DNA of 45,396 nucleotides, taken from IMG/VR virus record IMGVR_UViG_3300045988_083430, one strand, 5' to 3'. This document shows positions 1 through 7,738 of this stretch, piece after piece. Made by a program: the position numbers and the translations under genes. The notes below the pieces were generated by a model. It was given only the letters and a program-made list of their open reading frames with translations, was not told the DNA's origin and made no database searches. Within the stretch, counting starts at the first letter, position 1; the number at the start of each line of letters is the position of its first letter. The DNA is from a virus.

Positions 1-55
1 ACGAAGCAGCGAATTTCTGAAGTATTATCCAATCGCTGATGTATTATACAATGGA
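1..55. repeat. 55-bp exact terminal direct repeat (copy 1), the circular-closure overlap of the contig
   Basis: nt 1-55 are identical, read base by base, to nt 45342-45396. The ORF entering from 45136 continues in frame past nt 55. Confidence 0.95.
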
Positions 56-175
56 GTTGTGAATATATGTCCTAAACGAGTTGATAAAAGTTATAACTTA
101 AGTTCTGGGTGCAATGATACAAATTGTTACGGTTGTAAAACAGAATACTGGACGCAAGAGGTAGAAGGAGAATAA
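2..175 (+). CDS. C-terminal part of a junction-spanning Cys-rich protein (126 aa in total, starts at 45136); paralog of ORF 1772-2128
   Basis: Frame is continuous with 45136-45396 through the 55-bp overlap, with TAA at 173-175. Shares KTR..FL..YP, GV(V/I)xICP and E(Y/F)WxQE(V/I)E motifs with ORF 1772-2128. Confidence 0.7.
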   Translation, partial: RSSEFLKYYPIADVLYNGVVNICPKRVDKSYNLSSGCNDTNCYGCKTEYWTQEVEGE

Positions 176-177
176 AT

Positions 178-342
178 ATGTATTGTAGTAAAATAAATTG
201 TGGTATGAGAAACAATAAAATCACAGATGCATATAATTGTGATAATATATATTGTAATTCAAGGCAATGTAAATCATATCATGATGTAGAAGCATATATT
301 AAAAATCAAGATGAGGAAGCTATTAAAAATCCAGCAAAATAA
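178..342 (+). CDS. 54-aa Cys-rich small protein (MYCSKINCGMRNNKITDAYNCDNIYCNSRQCKSYHD...)
   Basis: ATG 7 nt after GGAG, 6 Cys in the first 31 aa, fills the gap before terL. Below the 60-aa cutoff of the ORF track. Confidence 0.45.
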   Translation: MYCSKINCGMRNNKITDAYNCDNIYCNSRQCKSYHDVEAYIKNQDEEAIKNPAK

Positions 343-362
343 TAAAGGAATCTAAGATATTT

Positions 363-1667
363 ATGGATAAATACTGTGAATTCTCAAATAAACAGCTAAA
401 GCTATTAACATGGTGGTTACCCAATTCTCCTTATAAAAATCATAACGGCATCATTTGTGATGGATCTATCAGGTCTGGGAAGACGCTAGTAATGTCTCTA
501 TCTTTTTTATTCTGGGCAATGACTACATTCAACAGACACAACTTTGTAATAGCTGGCAAAAGTGTTGGAGCGGTACGAAGGAATGTAATAACTGATTTGA
601 AGGAAAGGCTTAAATATAGAGGATATACAGTATCAGATAATAGAAGCGATAATTTACTAATCGTACGTAAAGGAAGTATAGAGAATTACTTTTATGTATT
701 CGGTGGCAGAGATGAAAGAAGTCAGGACTATGTACAAGGTATGACATTGGCAGGAATATTCCTTGATGAAGTAGCACTAATGCCAAGAAGCTTTGTAGAA
801 CAATGTATGGGTCGATGTTCAGTAACAGGTTCTAAATACTGGTTTAACTGCAACCCTGAAAGCCCAATGCACTGGTTTAAGATAGAAGAACTTGATAAAG
901 CAGATGAAAAGAAGCTGTTGCATTTGCACTTTACACTACACGATAATCCATCGCTAAGTAGTGAAATCATAGAACGATATGAAAGCATATATTCAGGTGT
1001 ATATTACTTAAGATTCATTCTTGGTAATTGGGTAAATGTTGATGGCGTTATTTATGATTGCTTTGATAAAGAAAAGAACACATTTACAGTATTGCCTAAA
1101 TATCTTGAGGAAGATGGATATGCATATTATGGATGTGACTATGGTACAGCAAATCCACATGTATACCTCGAAGGTTTTATCGATAGAGAAATAAGCAATA
1201 TACCTACAGTCTATATCACAAAAGAATATTATTACTCAGGAAGAAATGAATATAATGCAAAATCTGATCAGCAATATGTGGCTGATTTTTTCGATTTTAA
1301 CGAAGGTCAACGATATAAATCAATTGCTATCGACCCCAGCGCTAAATCATTCATAACGGCTGCAAGGCAATCAGGTATAAAGGTCTCACAAGCAGATAAT
1401 GATGTACAAACAGGAATCAAACTAGTATATACAATGTTCCATAATGGTTTGATTAAAATAAATGACGATAAATGTCCTAATCTGATGAAGGAACTTGGAA
1501 CATATATGTGGGACGCAAAGAAGGCAGATACATTGGGAAAAGAACAGCCCATCAAACAAAACGACCATGCATGTGATGCTCTCAGATATTTGGTAAAAAC
1601 ATTTATACGAGAAAGAGAGATATATCCATGGCTAAAATCACAAAATAAATTGCAAATTTACGAATAA
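363..1667 (+). CDS. terL: Terminase large subunit
   Basis: 434 aa. Walker A GSIRSGKT, Walker B-like IFLDE, C-terminal nuclease-type acidic motifs (IAIDPS, DHACDALRY). Typical TerL size. Confidence 0.9.
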   Translation: MDKYCEFSNKQLKLLTWWLPNSPYKNHNGIICDGSIRSGKTLVMSLSFLFWAMTTFNRHNFVIAGKSVGAVRRNVITDLKERLKYRGYTVSDNRSDNLLIVRKGSIENYFYVFGGRDERSQDYVQGMTLAGIFLDEVALMPRSFVEQCMGRCSVTGSKYWFNCNPESPMHWFKIEELDKADEKKLLHLHFTLHDNPSLSSEIIERYESIYSGVYYLRFILGNWVNVDGVIYDCFDKEKNTFTVLPKYLEEDGYAYYGCDYGTANPHVYLEGFIDREISNIPTVYITKEYYYSGRNEYNAKSDQQYVADFFDFNEGQRYKSIAIDPSAKSFITAARQSGIKVSQADNDVQTGIKLVYTMFHNGLIKINDDKCPNLMKELGTYMWDAKKADTLGKEQPIKQNDHACDALRYLVKTFIREREIYPWLKSQNKLQIYE

Positions 1668-1682
1668 AATTAAAAAAACCTA

Positions 1683-1711
1683 TTTACAAATACAAAACTA
1701 TATGATATAAT
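1683..1711 (+). promoter_or_regulatory. Sigma-70/sigma-A type promoter P1 (TTTACA-N17-TATAAT) with an A-tract upstream
   Basis: -35 TTTACA at 1683-1688, 17-nt spacer, -10 TATAAT at 1706-1711. Upstream aaaaaaacctaTTTACA is shared with the other five promoters. Confidence 0.7.
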
Positions 1712-1771
1712 ACAATCACAGAAGGTGATAAACACCTAACAAACAGAGCCGAAAGGCAGGAGGAAAATACA

Positions 1772-2128
1772 ATGGATGCTATTAAGTTTATTGAGGAACG
1801 AAACAGAATGTGCGAGAGTTTTGGCACTAAATGTAAAGGGTGTCCTGCTTTTAATGAGTCGCGCTGTGTGGTTAGTAGTGCGTCAACGCTGGACGCCAAA
1901 GAGCAAGTTGTTATGGTCGAGGACTGGTCTGCTGCACATCTGCGAAAGACACGGCAAGATGTGTTTTTGGAGCAATATCCGGAGACAGTCCTTGATGAGT
2001 ACGGTGTAATAACGATTTGTCCTATGGATATTTCTACTACTCATAGAAATAGTGACGGACTATGTAGGTATACAGAAAGTCTGTGTATGGACTGTCGGCG
2101 TGAGTTTTGGATGCAGGAGATTGAATAA
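1772..2128 (+). CDS. 118-aa Cys-rich protein, paralog of the junction-spanning ORF (45136..175)
   Basis: GGAGG RBS. Colinear motifs MDAxxFI, xMC, CxGCPA, KTR, FLxxYP, GVxxICP, EFWMQEIE. Confidence 0.7.
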   Translation: MDAIKFIEERNRMCESFGTKCKGCPAFNESRCVVSSASTLDAKEQVVMVEDWSAAHLRKTRQDVFLEQYPETVLDEYGVITICPMDISTTHRNSDGLCRYTESLCMDCRREFWMQEIE

Positions 2129-2171
2129 TAAGTAAAAAACAGATTTATAAATAGGAAGGAAGTATAAACAG

Positions 2172-2762
2172 ATGCAACGAATAGGAAGTAAGTTAATATT
2201 GGCAGTAATCATTATGTTGATTGCATTCTGTATGATAGCTCACGCGCATGAAGTTAGACAAGGTATTCAGGAACTTCCCCAGGAAAGCAAGGATGAACCC
2301 TGGATAACTTCAGATCAATTTTCATATAGTTTAATAGGTAATTTGAAAAATGTCTCAGACGCAATCCTGGTTTATTCTGGCGTAAATGAAATTGACCCAA
2401 TATTGGTAGCATCCATAGCAGCGTTAGAATCAGGTTGGAATACAAGCTATGCGGCCAATGAATATAACAATCTATTTGGCTGGACTAACAATGATGGTAC
2501 ATATAAGAGATTCGAAAGCAAAGACGAATGTGTTAAATATGTATGTGAACAACTAAAAGAACATTATCTCACTCCTGATGGTAAATATTTCGAGGGATAC
2601 GAAATAGCTGATATATGTGTTCACTATAATGGACGAGAAGAATGGACTCAAGCTATTGAAGAGTTATATGAACAAATTCAAAATAAAGTTGATGAATATA
2701 ATTATTACAAAATTGTAAACATTTCAATAAGTAGTTTACAAATGTTTCAATATATGATATAA
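2172..2762 (+). CDS. Secreted or membrane-anchored glucosaminidase-domain (LytD/FlgJ-type) peptidoglycan hydrolase
   Basis: N-terminal hydrophobic segment LILAVIIMLIAFCMIAHA. IAALESGWNTSYAANEYNNLFGW resembles the endo-beta-N-acetylglucosaminidase core motif. Confidence 0.6.
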   Translation: MQRIGSKLILAVIIMLIAFCMIAHAHEVRQGIQELPQESKDEPWITSDQFSYSLIGNLKNVSDAILVYSGVNEIDPILVASIAALESGWNTSYAANEYNNLFGWTNNDGTYKRFESKDECVKYVCEQLKEHYLTPDGKYFEGYEIADICVHYNGREEWTQAIEELYEQIQNKVDEYNYYKIVNISISSLQMFQYMI

Positions 2763-2886
2763 TCATATTGTGGTTTAATGGTTGGGCATTGACCATACAG
2801 ACTTCCCACTCCTTGTTTCTTCCTATATATGATGGCTCACACCGAGTACCGAACAAAGGTTGCCTGAAAAGAGCTCGGTTCCAAAT

Positions 2887-2974
2887 GGAAGGTTGGCTGA
2901 GTGGCCTATAGCGTCAGTCTTGAAAACTGAAGAAGGTGAAACTTCCGTGGGTTCGAATCCCACACCTTCCTCCA
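2887..2974 (+). tRNA. tRNA-Ser: tRNA-Ser, anticodon UGA (reads UCA), encoded CCA
   Basis: Hand-folded cloverleaf: acceptor ggaaggt/accttcc, anticodon stem tcagt/actga with loop ctTGAaa, long variable arm (gaag..cttc), T arm gtggg-ttcgaat-cccac. Confidence 0.85.
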
Positions 2975-3104
2975 ACACCATCTAATACAGAGTTCATGGT
3001 GTATTCTCCTTTCATCTCCTTTTTGTGAATATTCGTGGTGAGTACCGCAAGCTGATGTGGGCGCCATTTAGCTGAGGTCACGATGAAATAAAACTCACAT
3101 AAAT

Positions 3105-3180
3105 GCTGGTGTAGCTCAGTTGGTAGAGTAGTTGTTTTGTAAGCATCAGGTCGGGGGTTCGAATCCGTCCACCAGCTCCA
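3105..3180 (+). tRNA. tRNA-Thr: tRNA-Thr, anticodon UGU (reads ACA), encoded CCA
   Basis: Acceptor gctggtg/caccagc, D arm gctc-agttggta-gagt, anticodon loop ttTGTaa, T loop ttcgaat. One T:T mismatch in the anticodon stem and one G:G mismatch in the T stem. Confidence 0.75.
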
Positions 3181-3186
3181 ATAACT

Positions 3187-3215
3187 AGAGTGGTGAAATT
3201 CCACTCTTTATTTTT
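3187..3215 (+). terminator. Rho-independent terminator after the tRNA pair
   Basis: Stem agagtgg/ccactct (7 bp), 7-nt loop, then ttattttt. Confidence 0.65.
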
Positions 3216-3233
3216 AGCAGAGGTGTTAAACGG

Positions 3234-3572
3234 ATGAATCAAAGGAAGCGCTATTTCACCCTTATAAATAGAAAAGGTCAGATTAAATTCACAGGAACAG
3301 CTGATGATGCTGTAGAAAAAGGAATATCAGTTAGTCAGTCAGCTTTCAGAATGGTAGTACAAACATTCGTTGATGGTAAACTTCTTAAAACTCCGTATCC
3401 ATATGGTGAAGACTATCAGAAGAACTTAGAAGCTACGCAATGTTTCCTGTGTGCTGGTTGTAAAAGATATTATCCAGGTTCAGAAACGCCATGCTGTTTT
3501 GAATGTGCATTTAGAGATGGATGCTATGAGCATTGTAAAAATAGACCAGAGAAATGTGGGTGCCATTTATAA
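3234..3572 (+). CDS. 112-aa Cys-rich protein, tandem paralog 1
   Basis: Shares FxGTAxxAVxxGxS...AFR and PCCxxCx5Cx3CxNxPxxCG with the next ORF. Confidence 0.65.
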   Translation: MNQRKRYFTLINRKGQIKFTGTADDAVEKGISVSQSAFRMVVQTFVDGKLLKTPYPYGEDYQKNLEATQCFLCAGCKRYYPGSETPCCFECAFRDGCYEHCKNRPEKCGCHL

Positions 3573-4060
3573 TGAAGAATCGTAAATCATCATATAAAAA
3601 TGGTAAGGTTAAGGTTTACACAATAAAAGATAAGGATGGGGAAGTTTTATTTTCAGGCACAGCAAAAGAAGCTGTACAGAATGGAATGTCTAGTGGCGAA
3701 AAGGCATTTCGATCGAGGATTTATAAAATCAAAGAGGGAATATATTCGTCACAAGGTTTAACTGTTGAAATAACAGAAAAAGATTCAGAAACAATAAAAA
3801 TAACAGACGTTGATACAGAATATAATACACCTATTTGTTTGTTATATAATGGATGTCCAAATTTCTCAAGTAAAATAAAATTCCCTCCATGCTGTAAATA
3901 TTGTAAATATAATGAAACATGCGAAGATGTATGCTTAAATAATCCAGATATTTGTGGACTATACTGTAAAGAAGGTTCAGCTAAGTATATTGAAGCTTAT
4001 AATGAGGTGATAGGAAATGTTTATCAATCTAGCTTACAAATTGATATGTGCAGCAAATGA
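3572..4060 (+). CDS. 162-aa Cys-rich protein, tandem paralog 2
   Basis: TAATG overlap with the upstream stop (ATG at 3572, M7 of the track ORF). Same N-terminal and C-terminal Cys motif as 3234-3572. Confidence 0.6.
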   Translation: MKNRKSSYKNGKVKVYTIKDKDGEVLFSGTAKEAVQNGMSSGEKAFRSRIYKIKEGIYSSQGLTVEITEKDSETIKITDVDTEYNTPICLLYNGCPNFSSKIKFPPCCKYCKYNETCEDVCLNNPDICGLYCKEGSAKYIEAYNEVIGNVYQSSLQIDMCSK

Positions 4061-4433
4061 TTTGAAGCATATTCATACACATGCATCTGGTCCATTTTTC
4101 TTTACAATTCACGAAGTTGTTGGTGAATATTATGATGAATGTTCTAATCAAGCAGACTACGTAACAGAACTTGCTTTGGAGTTTGGCGAAATAATGGAAA
4201 ATCCAAACCTTGCAGCTGACTTGGTTAATTGGCAAGAAACAAATATGGCTGAATATGATTTGAAAGCAGCAATATATTCAGTAAAAGATATTATGTCAGA
4301 TATATATGATGCTATGGTTGAAGTAGATAATGAAGAATCTATTACGTCAGATGCTAAAAATAAAATCGAGGAATTCATGAGATATTGGTCAAAGGAAAAT
4401 AATTACAAACTGGAGAGGTTAATCAATGGCTGA
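4017..4433 (+). CDS. Dps-like (DNA-binding ferritin-fold) protein
   Basis: LKHIHTHASGPFFFTIHEVVGEYYDECSNQADYVTELALEFGE. H20, H32, D47 and E51 have 12/15/4 spacing, matching the Dps ferroxidase ligands. 138 aa. GAGGTG RBS. Confidence 0.6.
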   Translation: MFINLAYKLICAANDLKHIHTHASGPFFFTIHEVVGEYYDECSNQADYVTELALEFGEIMENPNLAADLVNWQETNMAEYDLKAAIYSVKDIMSDIYDAMVEVDNEESITSDAKNKIEEFMRYWSKENNYKLERLING

Positions 4434-5889
4434 TGAAAAGAACGTAGTAAAAACATCAGATAATAAAGCTAAAGATACATTTTCAAATATGATGGCCAAT
4501 TTAGGGCTGGGTTCTACTAATCTCTCTCAAAAGGGTAGTTATCATCTTACTCGTATGACATGGGATTATGGAACCCTTAACGCACTTTATAGAAACAATT
4601 GGATTGCTACAGGAATTGTAGATAAACCTGCTCAGGAAATGCTGAAGAATGGTTTTGAAATCCAATCACAGATTGAGCCGGAACAGATTGATAAAATCAT
4701 GACCGTATATACAAGAACAAGAACACGACTTAAAATCTTGGATGCTCTTAAATGGTCTCGTCTATATGGTGGATGTGTCCTTATTCCGTTGATTTCTGGT
4801 CAGAACAATTTGGAAGAAGAATTGGATTATGAAACAGTTATGCCTGACAGTTATAAGGGCTGTATGGTAATTGATAGATGGTCAGGCATTAGTCCATCAC
4901 TTGAGTTGGTAACTGATATTGATGACGTAGATTTCGGTGAACCCCTCTATTATGATATTGCAGACCAGATAACACAAAAATCATATAGAGTACATCATTC
5001 AAGAGTAATCCGTTTTACAGGACGCGACCTTCCCTATTACGAAAAGCTAGCTGAAACATATTGGGGAGCTTCAGAGATTGAACACGTATTTACAGAATTG
5101 ATGAAGCGCGATAATACTTCAGCTAATATCGCTTATCTGATTTTCCTTGCTTGTATTCGAGTATATAAGATTCAAGACCTCGGTCAGGCAATTACTCTTG
5201 GCGATCAAGACGCTATGGCAGAAGTATATCGTACAATGCAGGCACAAAATCAGCTGATGTGTAATACCGGTTCATTGGTAATGAGTCAAGAAGATGACTT
5301 TAAGATGGAAGGCTACACATTTACAGGTATCAATGATATTTATGAGTCATTTATGCTTGATATAGCTGGTGCAGCAGAAATCCCTGTTACAAAGCTTTTC
5401 GGTAGAGCTCCTGCTGGTATGAATTCAACTGGTGAAGCCGACCTTCAGAATTATTATGATATGATTCAGGAGAAGCAGGAATCACATTTGAGGCAGCCAC
5501 TTGAAAAGATCATGAAAATCATTACAATGTCTGCTATTGGTTCTATCCCTGATGATTGGGAATTGGTATTCAGTCCCATTCGTAGAAATACAGATGAAGA
5601 ACAAGCAGACCTTGCTCAGAAGTCCTTCCAGCCTATTATGGAAGCTTTCCAGTCTGGTTTGATTGATAAAGCTACAGCTCTTAAGGAACTCAGACAACAG
5701 CAGAAACGTGTTTCAATGTGGAGTAATATCACAGATGAGATGATAGATGAAGCTGTTGAGGAAGATAAAAAGAAAAAGGCTGAAGAAGAGGAAATGGCTA
5801 AAAATCTTCAGGAATCAGAGAATGAAGTAGATGATGAAGAAGAGGATAAACCCAAGAAAGGTTTAGCTAAACTATTTGGTAAACGATAA
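4426..5889 (+). CDS. Portal protein
   Basis: 487 aa, sits between terL and the head-morphogenesis gene, acidic C-terminal tail. Resembles DUF1073-type portals (YGGCVLIPLI region). Confidence 0.8.
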   Translation: MADEKNVVKTSDNKAKDTFSNMMANLGLGSTNLSQKGSYHLTRMTWDYGTLNALYRNNWIATGIVDKPAQEMLKNGFEIQSQIEPEQIDKIMTVYTRTRTRLKILDALKWSRLYGGCVLIPLISGQNNLEEELDYETVMPDSYKGCMVIDRWSGISPSLELVTDIDDVDFGEPLYYDIADQITQKSYRVHHSRVIRFTGRDLPYYEKLAETYWGASEIEHVFTELMKRDNTSANIAYLIFLACIRVYKIQDLGQAITLGDQDAMAEVYRTMQAQNQLMCNTGSLVMSQEDDFKMEGYTFTGINDIYESFMLDIAGAAEIPVTKLFGRAPAGMNSTGEADLQNYYDMIQEKQESHLRQPLEKIMKIITMSAIGSIPDDWELVFSPIRRNTDEEQADLAQKSFQPIMEAFQSGLIDKATALKELRQQQKRVSMWSNITDEMIDEAVEEDKKKKAEEEEMAKNLQESENEVDDEEEDKPKKGLAKLFGKR

Positions 5890-6728
5890 TGAAATATACA
5901 TTTTGGGATAGGTCAAAAGGAATAGAAGCCAATTATCGTTCAATACTTTATCAGTTGGTTCGTTCATTGATAAAGCTATCGAAAAAGGCAAAAGGAGACA
6001 TTGATAAGTTTAATCAATATGCTTCAGACTATTCCTCAACTAAATCATTCAAAAGGTATTGTTATCTAGCTTCGAAAAGAATGGTGACTCCTGTAGCTAA
6101 TATAAATGCTCAAACATGGAGGCAAGCTGCTAGAAGGTCTACAAAATCTCGTTTGATATATAAAGCATTAGTTCAAAATATCAATTCAGGTTTGGACCAA
6201 TCAATAGCAGAACAAATAGAAAGAAATGCACAAATAATAAGCACATTACCGTTAGATGTTTCTCGTAAGGTAACAAGAAAAATATATGAAGGAACTATTT
6301 CAGGTAAAAGAGCTTCAACATTAACAAAAGAGATAACTCAGTTTACAAGGGAATATTCAAGAGCTTCTGCTAAGCTAATTGCTAGAACTGAGGTATCAAA
6401 AACACAAACAGCAATTACAAGGTCTCGGTCAGCTAATTTGAGAATTAACTGGTATGTATGGAGAACAGAGGAAGACCAAAGAGTTCGTGATAGTCATAGA
6501 ACAATGGATGATGTTATCGTACCATGGAATTCTCCTCCAAGTCCTGAGCTGTTAACTAACCTACCTCCTGCCAAAGGTAATGCTTACTATCATGCAGGCG
6601 AAATATATAACTGCAGATGTTATCCCGAACCCCTACTTGAAGTCACAGATGTTAGATGGCCACATAAGGTATATTACTTAGGTAAAATACAAACAATGAC
6701 CAGACAACAATTTGAAAAAATTTATTAA
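5889..6728 (+). CDS. Head morphogenesis protein, Mu F / SPP1 gp7 family
   Basis: WRTEEDQRVRDSHRTMDDVIVPW ... GEIYNCRCYPEP is the family signature. ATGA-coupled to the portal gene. Confidence 0.8.
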   Translation: MKYTFWDRSKGIEANYRSILYQLVRSLIKLSKKAKGDIDKFNQYASDYSSTKSFKRYCYLASKRMVTPVANINAQTWRQAARRSTKSRLIYKALVQNINSGLDQSIAEQIERNAQIISTLPLDVSRKVTRKIYEGTISGKRASTLTKEITQFTREYSRASAKLIARTEVSKTQTAITRSRSANLRINWYVWRTEEDQRVRDSHRTMDDVIVPWNSPPSPELLTNLPPAKGNAYYHAGEIYNCRCYPEPLLEVTDVRWPHKVYYLGKIQTMTRQQFEKIY

Positions 6729-6734
6729 AAGTTA

Positions 6735-6763
6735 TTTACATTTTCAAACCAGTGGTATATAAT
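6735..6763 (+). promoter_or_regulatory. Promoter P2 (TTTACA-N17-TATAAT)
   Basis: -35 at 6735-6740, -10 at 6758-6763, in the 60-nt gap before ORF 6789. Confidence 0.65.
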
Positions 6764-6788
6764 AACTTTAGGGGAAAGGAGGTAAGCT

Positions 6789-7343
6789 ATGGAGTATAAA
6801 GGTTACAAAATAGAGTCCATTAAGAACGATGGTCACCTCCAAAGGAACGCATTTGGTATTTACAAGAATGGTAAATTGATTTCGACAGCTGAAACTTCAA
6901 AAGAGGCGCAACATGAAATTGACAATATCATGTATCGTCCAGTAACGATTGAATACATCATTGTTAACAAGAAGAATGATTCTAAGTCAAGGGAAACTAT
7001 AAAGACTACAGAATCAGATGTCGATAAAAAGATAAAAGAACTTGAAAGAAAATATTCAAATGATACGTCATATTATTTAAGAGATATAAGAAAGGTGTAT
7101 GATATGAAAACCATTGATAAACTCGATAAGGCAATTCATACAATTGATGCGAGTATTAAACTCGTTAAAACAGTTGAAAAGAAAAACGGTTATGCTATTC
7201 ACATTGTAGAAGGTGGCTATGGAGAAAGAATTGTTTTGACATTCCCTGGAGAATCATATTCTAATCCTCATATGTGGCTTGGTGAAAATAACGCTTCTAA
7301 TATGAATAGTGCTAAAAAGCTTCTGAATGATTTTGCTAAATAA
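6789..7343 (+). CDS. Hypothetical protein (184 aa)
   Basis: AAGGAGG RBS and a long ORF. No motif recognised. Confidence 0.6.
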   Translation: MEYKGYKIESIKNDGHLQRNAFGIYKNGKLISTAETSKEAQHEIDNIMYRPVTIEYIIVNKKNDSKSRETIKTTESDVDKKIKELERKYSNDTSYYLRDIRKVYDMKTIDKLDKAIHTIDASIKLVKTVEKKNGYAIHIVEGGYGERIVLTFPGESYSNPHMWLGENNASNMNSAKKLLNDFAK

Positions 7344-7361
7344 TTTTTAAGGAGGTATATA

Positions 7362-7724
7362 ATGGCTAATCTTATTAAAGCAGATTGTGGTTTTGACCCG
7401 AATGCTCAGAAGATGGTATATGAAGTAGACCCTGAAGATATGAAGGTTGAAGAAGGTTATGACCTTAAAGGTGTCACCAATATGCATGTAAACCTCGCTG
7501 CTGAAACAGCTGACCTTGAAATTAAAGATTTCAATAATATGGTTAGTGGTAAGATGTATACAATCGTAGCAGCTAATGCAGCTCAGAAGCAGCTTGAGGT
7601 TAAACTTCCTGCTAACACCACGTTGTACAATGGAACCATTACAAAGGCTAACGGTATGACTCTGGTTTACAGATTCTTCACTGACGGTATTTCTATTTAT
7701 TGCCATCGTGGCGTTTATGCCTAA
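7362..7724 (+). CDS. Hypothetical protein (120 aa)
   Basis: AGGAGG RBS. The antisense ORF 7347-7751 is judged spurious. Confidence 0.55.
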   Translation: MANLIKADCGFDPNAQKMVYEVDPEDMKVEEGYDLKGVTNMHVNLAAETADLEIKDFNNMVSGKMYTIVAANAAQKQLEVKLPANTTLYNGTITKANGMTLVYRFFTDGISIYCHRGVYA

Positions 7725-7738
7725 AAGGTGGTGAATGC

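Noticed and set aside
1-55. The terminal 55-bp repeat as a genuine short DTR or cos end
   Set aside because: The length matches a common assembler k-mer exactly, and an ORF reads straight through it. It is more simply a circularisation artefact, though the sequence alone cannot exclude a real repeat.
2975-3104. 130-nt spacer between the tRNAs as a possible third tRNA or ncRNA
   Set aside because: I found only short hairpins (acaccat/atggtgt, gtgagt/actcac). I could not build a cloverleaf, T loop or anticodon arm.
2887-3180. Possibility that the tRNAs are suppressors indicating stop-codon reassignment
   Set aside because: The anticodons are UGA (Ser, reads UCA) and UGU (Thr), not CUA, UCA or UUA. 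All large genes translate uninterrupted with the standard code, except at the G7 tract and the chaperone slippery site.
2914-3204. 96-aa - strand ORF
   Set aside because: It overlaps both tRNA genes and the terminator. It is open only because tRNA sequences lack stop codons in that frame.
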